Of a DNA stretch of 64,000 nt, positions 62,307-64,000 are shown in pieces (the stretch's first letter is position 1; each line of letters begins with the position of its first letter). A model generated the notes under the pieces. The model was not told the origin of the DNA. It did no database searches and worked only from the letters and a program-made list of their open reading frames with translations. The stretch lies in the NCBI GenBank assembly GCA_965656495.1, contig CBFHKU010000009.1:18098-82097 (forward strand), read 5' to 3'. This DNA comes from Coraliomargaritaceae bacterium (GTDB lineage: Bacteria > Verrucomicrobiota > Verrucomicrobiia > Opitutales > Coraliomargaritaceae). Position numbers and translations under genes: made by a program.

Positions 62307-63743
62307 ATGAAAACCGCTCCGAATGCCGAGACATTGATTCAAGCTTTTAAAGACGCCGGTCAGGGACAGGTCTTTGAATATTTTGCGGAGCTGGCGCCCG
62401 CCGCGCAGGAAGCCCTCCTCGCGCAAGCCGCTACGATCGACCTCCAAGAAGTCGCGCAACTCGTGGAGGCGCACGTCCTCGGCGCGCATGAGGGTGGGGT
62501 GAATCTTGAGGGGCTGGAGCCCGCCCCGCACATTGCCCTTCCGGAAAACGGCGGGGACCCCGCTGCGTGGGAGGCCGCCCGCGCCGCCGGTGCCGCTGCG
62601 ATTGCGGCCGGTCGGGTTGCCGCCTTTACGGTGGCAGGAGGGCAGGGGACCCGTCTCGGTTACGATGGCCCCAAGGGAACCTATCCCGTTACGCCGGTGA
62701 GTAAGAAAACCCTGTTCCAGTTATTTGCGGAGAAAATCGCGCGCAGCAGTGAACGCTTCGGCACGCCCATTCATTGGTTCATCCTTACCAGCGAAATCAA
62801 TAACGCCGCGACCGTCGCGGCATTCGAAGCCGCCGATTACTTCGGGCTTTCCCGCGAAACCGTCCATTTTATCGTGCAGGGCCTCGTCCCCGCGGTCGAC
62901 CTCGAGGGTAAAATCCTCCTTTCAGAAAAAGGACGCATCGCCATGACCCCCGACGGGCACGGCGGATCCCTGCGGGCCCTCGTGCGCAGTGGCGCGGTCG
63001 ATACCATGCGTGAACTCGGGATCGATACCGTCAGTTACTTTCAGGTCGATAATCCCATCGTGCAATGCATCGACCCCGCCTTTGTCGGTTTTCACCTCCT
63101 CGGGAAATCCGAGCTCTCCTCCAAGATGGTGCCGAAGGCCTATCCCCTCGAAAAAGTCGGGCATTTCTGTATTCAGGACGGGCGCCAGGTCGTGATTGAA
63201 TACAGCGACATGCCCGCCGCCATGCAGGAGGCTACCACCGCAAACGGGGAACTGCTTTTCCGCGCCGGAAGCGTCGCAATTCATATCTTTGATCGGGAGT
63301 TCATCGCCCGTGCGGGCGGCGACCGTGCCGAGAACGCCCTGCCGTTTCACCGCGCCAACAAGAAGATTCCCTACCTCGATGCGGCGGGCGAGACCGTCCA
63401 TCCCGATTCGCCCAACGGGGTGAAGTTCGAGATGTTCGTCTTCGACGCGCTCCCCATGGCGCAACACCCCGTCATTATCGAAGCAGCGCGCAGCGAGGAC
63501 TTCAGCCCCGTGAAAAACGCCGAGGGAGTGGACTCCCCGCAGAGCAGCGCCGACGACCAGGTCCGGATGTTCACCGCCTGGCTCCGCGCCGCCGGGGTCG
63601 AAATCGAGACCGACGCCACCGGCTTGCCCCCTTTCCCGTTTGAGATCAGTCCCCGCTTCGCCGCCGACCGCGCCGACTTCCTCGCGCAATGGGCCGCCCT
63701 TGAAACGAAGCCAAAAATAACTTCGGGCTTCATCCTGGCATAA
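62307..63743 (+). CDS. UDPGP-family (eukaryote-type) UDP-N-acetylglucosamine/UDP-sugar pyrophosphorylase
   Basis: AGGQGTRLG..GPKG, PDGHGG, QVDNP, EKVG, IEYSD, KFEMFVFD, FSPVKNA. Confidence 0.92.
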   Translation: MKTAPNAETLIQAFKDAGQGQVFEYFAELAPAAQEALLAQAATIDLQEVAQLVEAHVLGAHEGGVNLEGLEPAPHIALPENGGDPAAWEAARAAGAAAIAAGRVAAFTVAGGQGTRLGYDGPKGTYPVTPVSKKTLFQLFAEKIARSSERFGTPIHWFILTSEINNAATVAAFEAADYFGLSRETVHFIVQGLVPAVDLEGKILLSEKGRIAMTPDGHGGSLRALVRSGAVDTMRELGIDTVSYFQVDNPIVQCIDPAFVGFHLLGKSELSSKMVPKAYPLEKVGHFCIQDGRQVVIEYSDMPAAMQEATTANGELLFRAGSVAIHIFDREFIARAGGDRAENALPFHRANKKIPYLDAAGETVHPDSPNGVKFEMFVFDALPMAQHPVIIEAARSEDFSPVKNAEGVDSPQSSADDQVRMFTAWLRAAGVEIETDATGLPPFPFEISPRFAADRADFLAQWAALETKPKITSGFILA

Positions 63744-64000
63744 GCCCGCTGCTCGAACGAGCGCTTGGCAAATCAAAGGGAGCAGTGCTTTTTGGTTAAG
63801 CACTGGGTGGTTACCACCTTGGTAATTGGTATCGTTTAGTTTACACGAACCACATAAATAAACAAAAAGGGAATATTTATATGAAAAAAAATAAAATACC
63901 CTAAAATCAAATAATATTATTGCAATTAGGGTCTTTTCTACGAAAGTCACTCATTTATTGAATTAATCACTAAATAAAAAAATGAAAAACACTAGTCTAT

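Overview
Bacterial chromosomal segment, most likely from a Verrucomicrobium of the Opitutae/Puniceicoccaceae type (inferred from the prepilin H-X9-DG protein, the Verru_Chthon-cassette-A-like gene, monomeric IDH and eukaryote-type UAP). It is densely packed with about 60 mostly housekeeping genes: hisDCB, an NtrC-type regulator, purA/guaB, menC/menE, rne/rodA, mgtE, purM-plsC-cmk-aroA-tyrA, uvrC, cinA, holA, purB, PPi-type pfk, pnuC/nadR-like, thrH, ppaC, glyA, surE, argG, tatC, secG, aspC and icd. Accessory or unusual elements: (1) a lone AT-rich gene (6063-7013) encoding a dCTP-deaminase/dUTPase-fold domain that lacks the deaminase catalytic Glu and is fused to a coiled coil and two C-terminal TM helices, the best candidate for an undescribed nucleotide-sensing or anti-phage system; (2) a REP-associated tyrosine transposase (RAYT) flanked by 11 GTGG/GTAG-type REP hairpins in ~95-bp BIME-like units; (3) a tandem ribbon-helix-helix protein fused in frame to a 160-aa histone-H1-like Lys/Ala tail, with a palindrome over its -35; (4) a VapBC module with a palindromic operator; (5) a DnaA-box array in an AT-rich divergent intergenic region; (6) two hypothetical proteins with clear internal repeats and several small membrane or pilin-like ORFs. 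No rRNA, tRNA or CRISPR array was recognised. All assignments come from reading motifs by eye, not from database searches.
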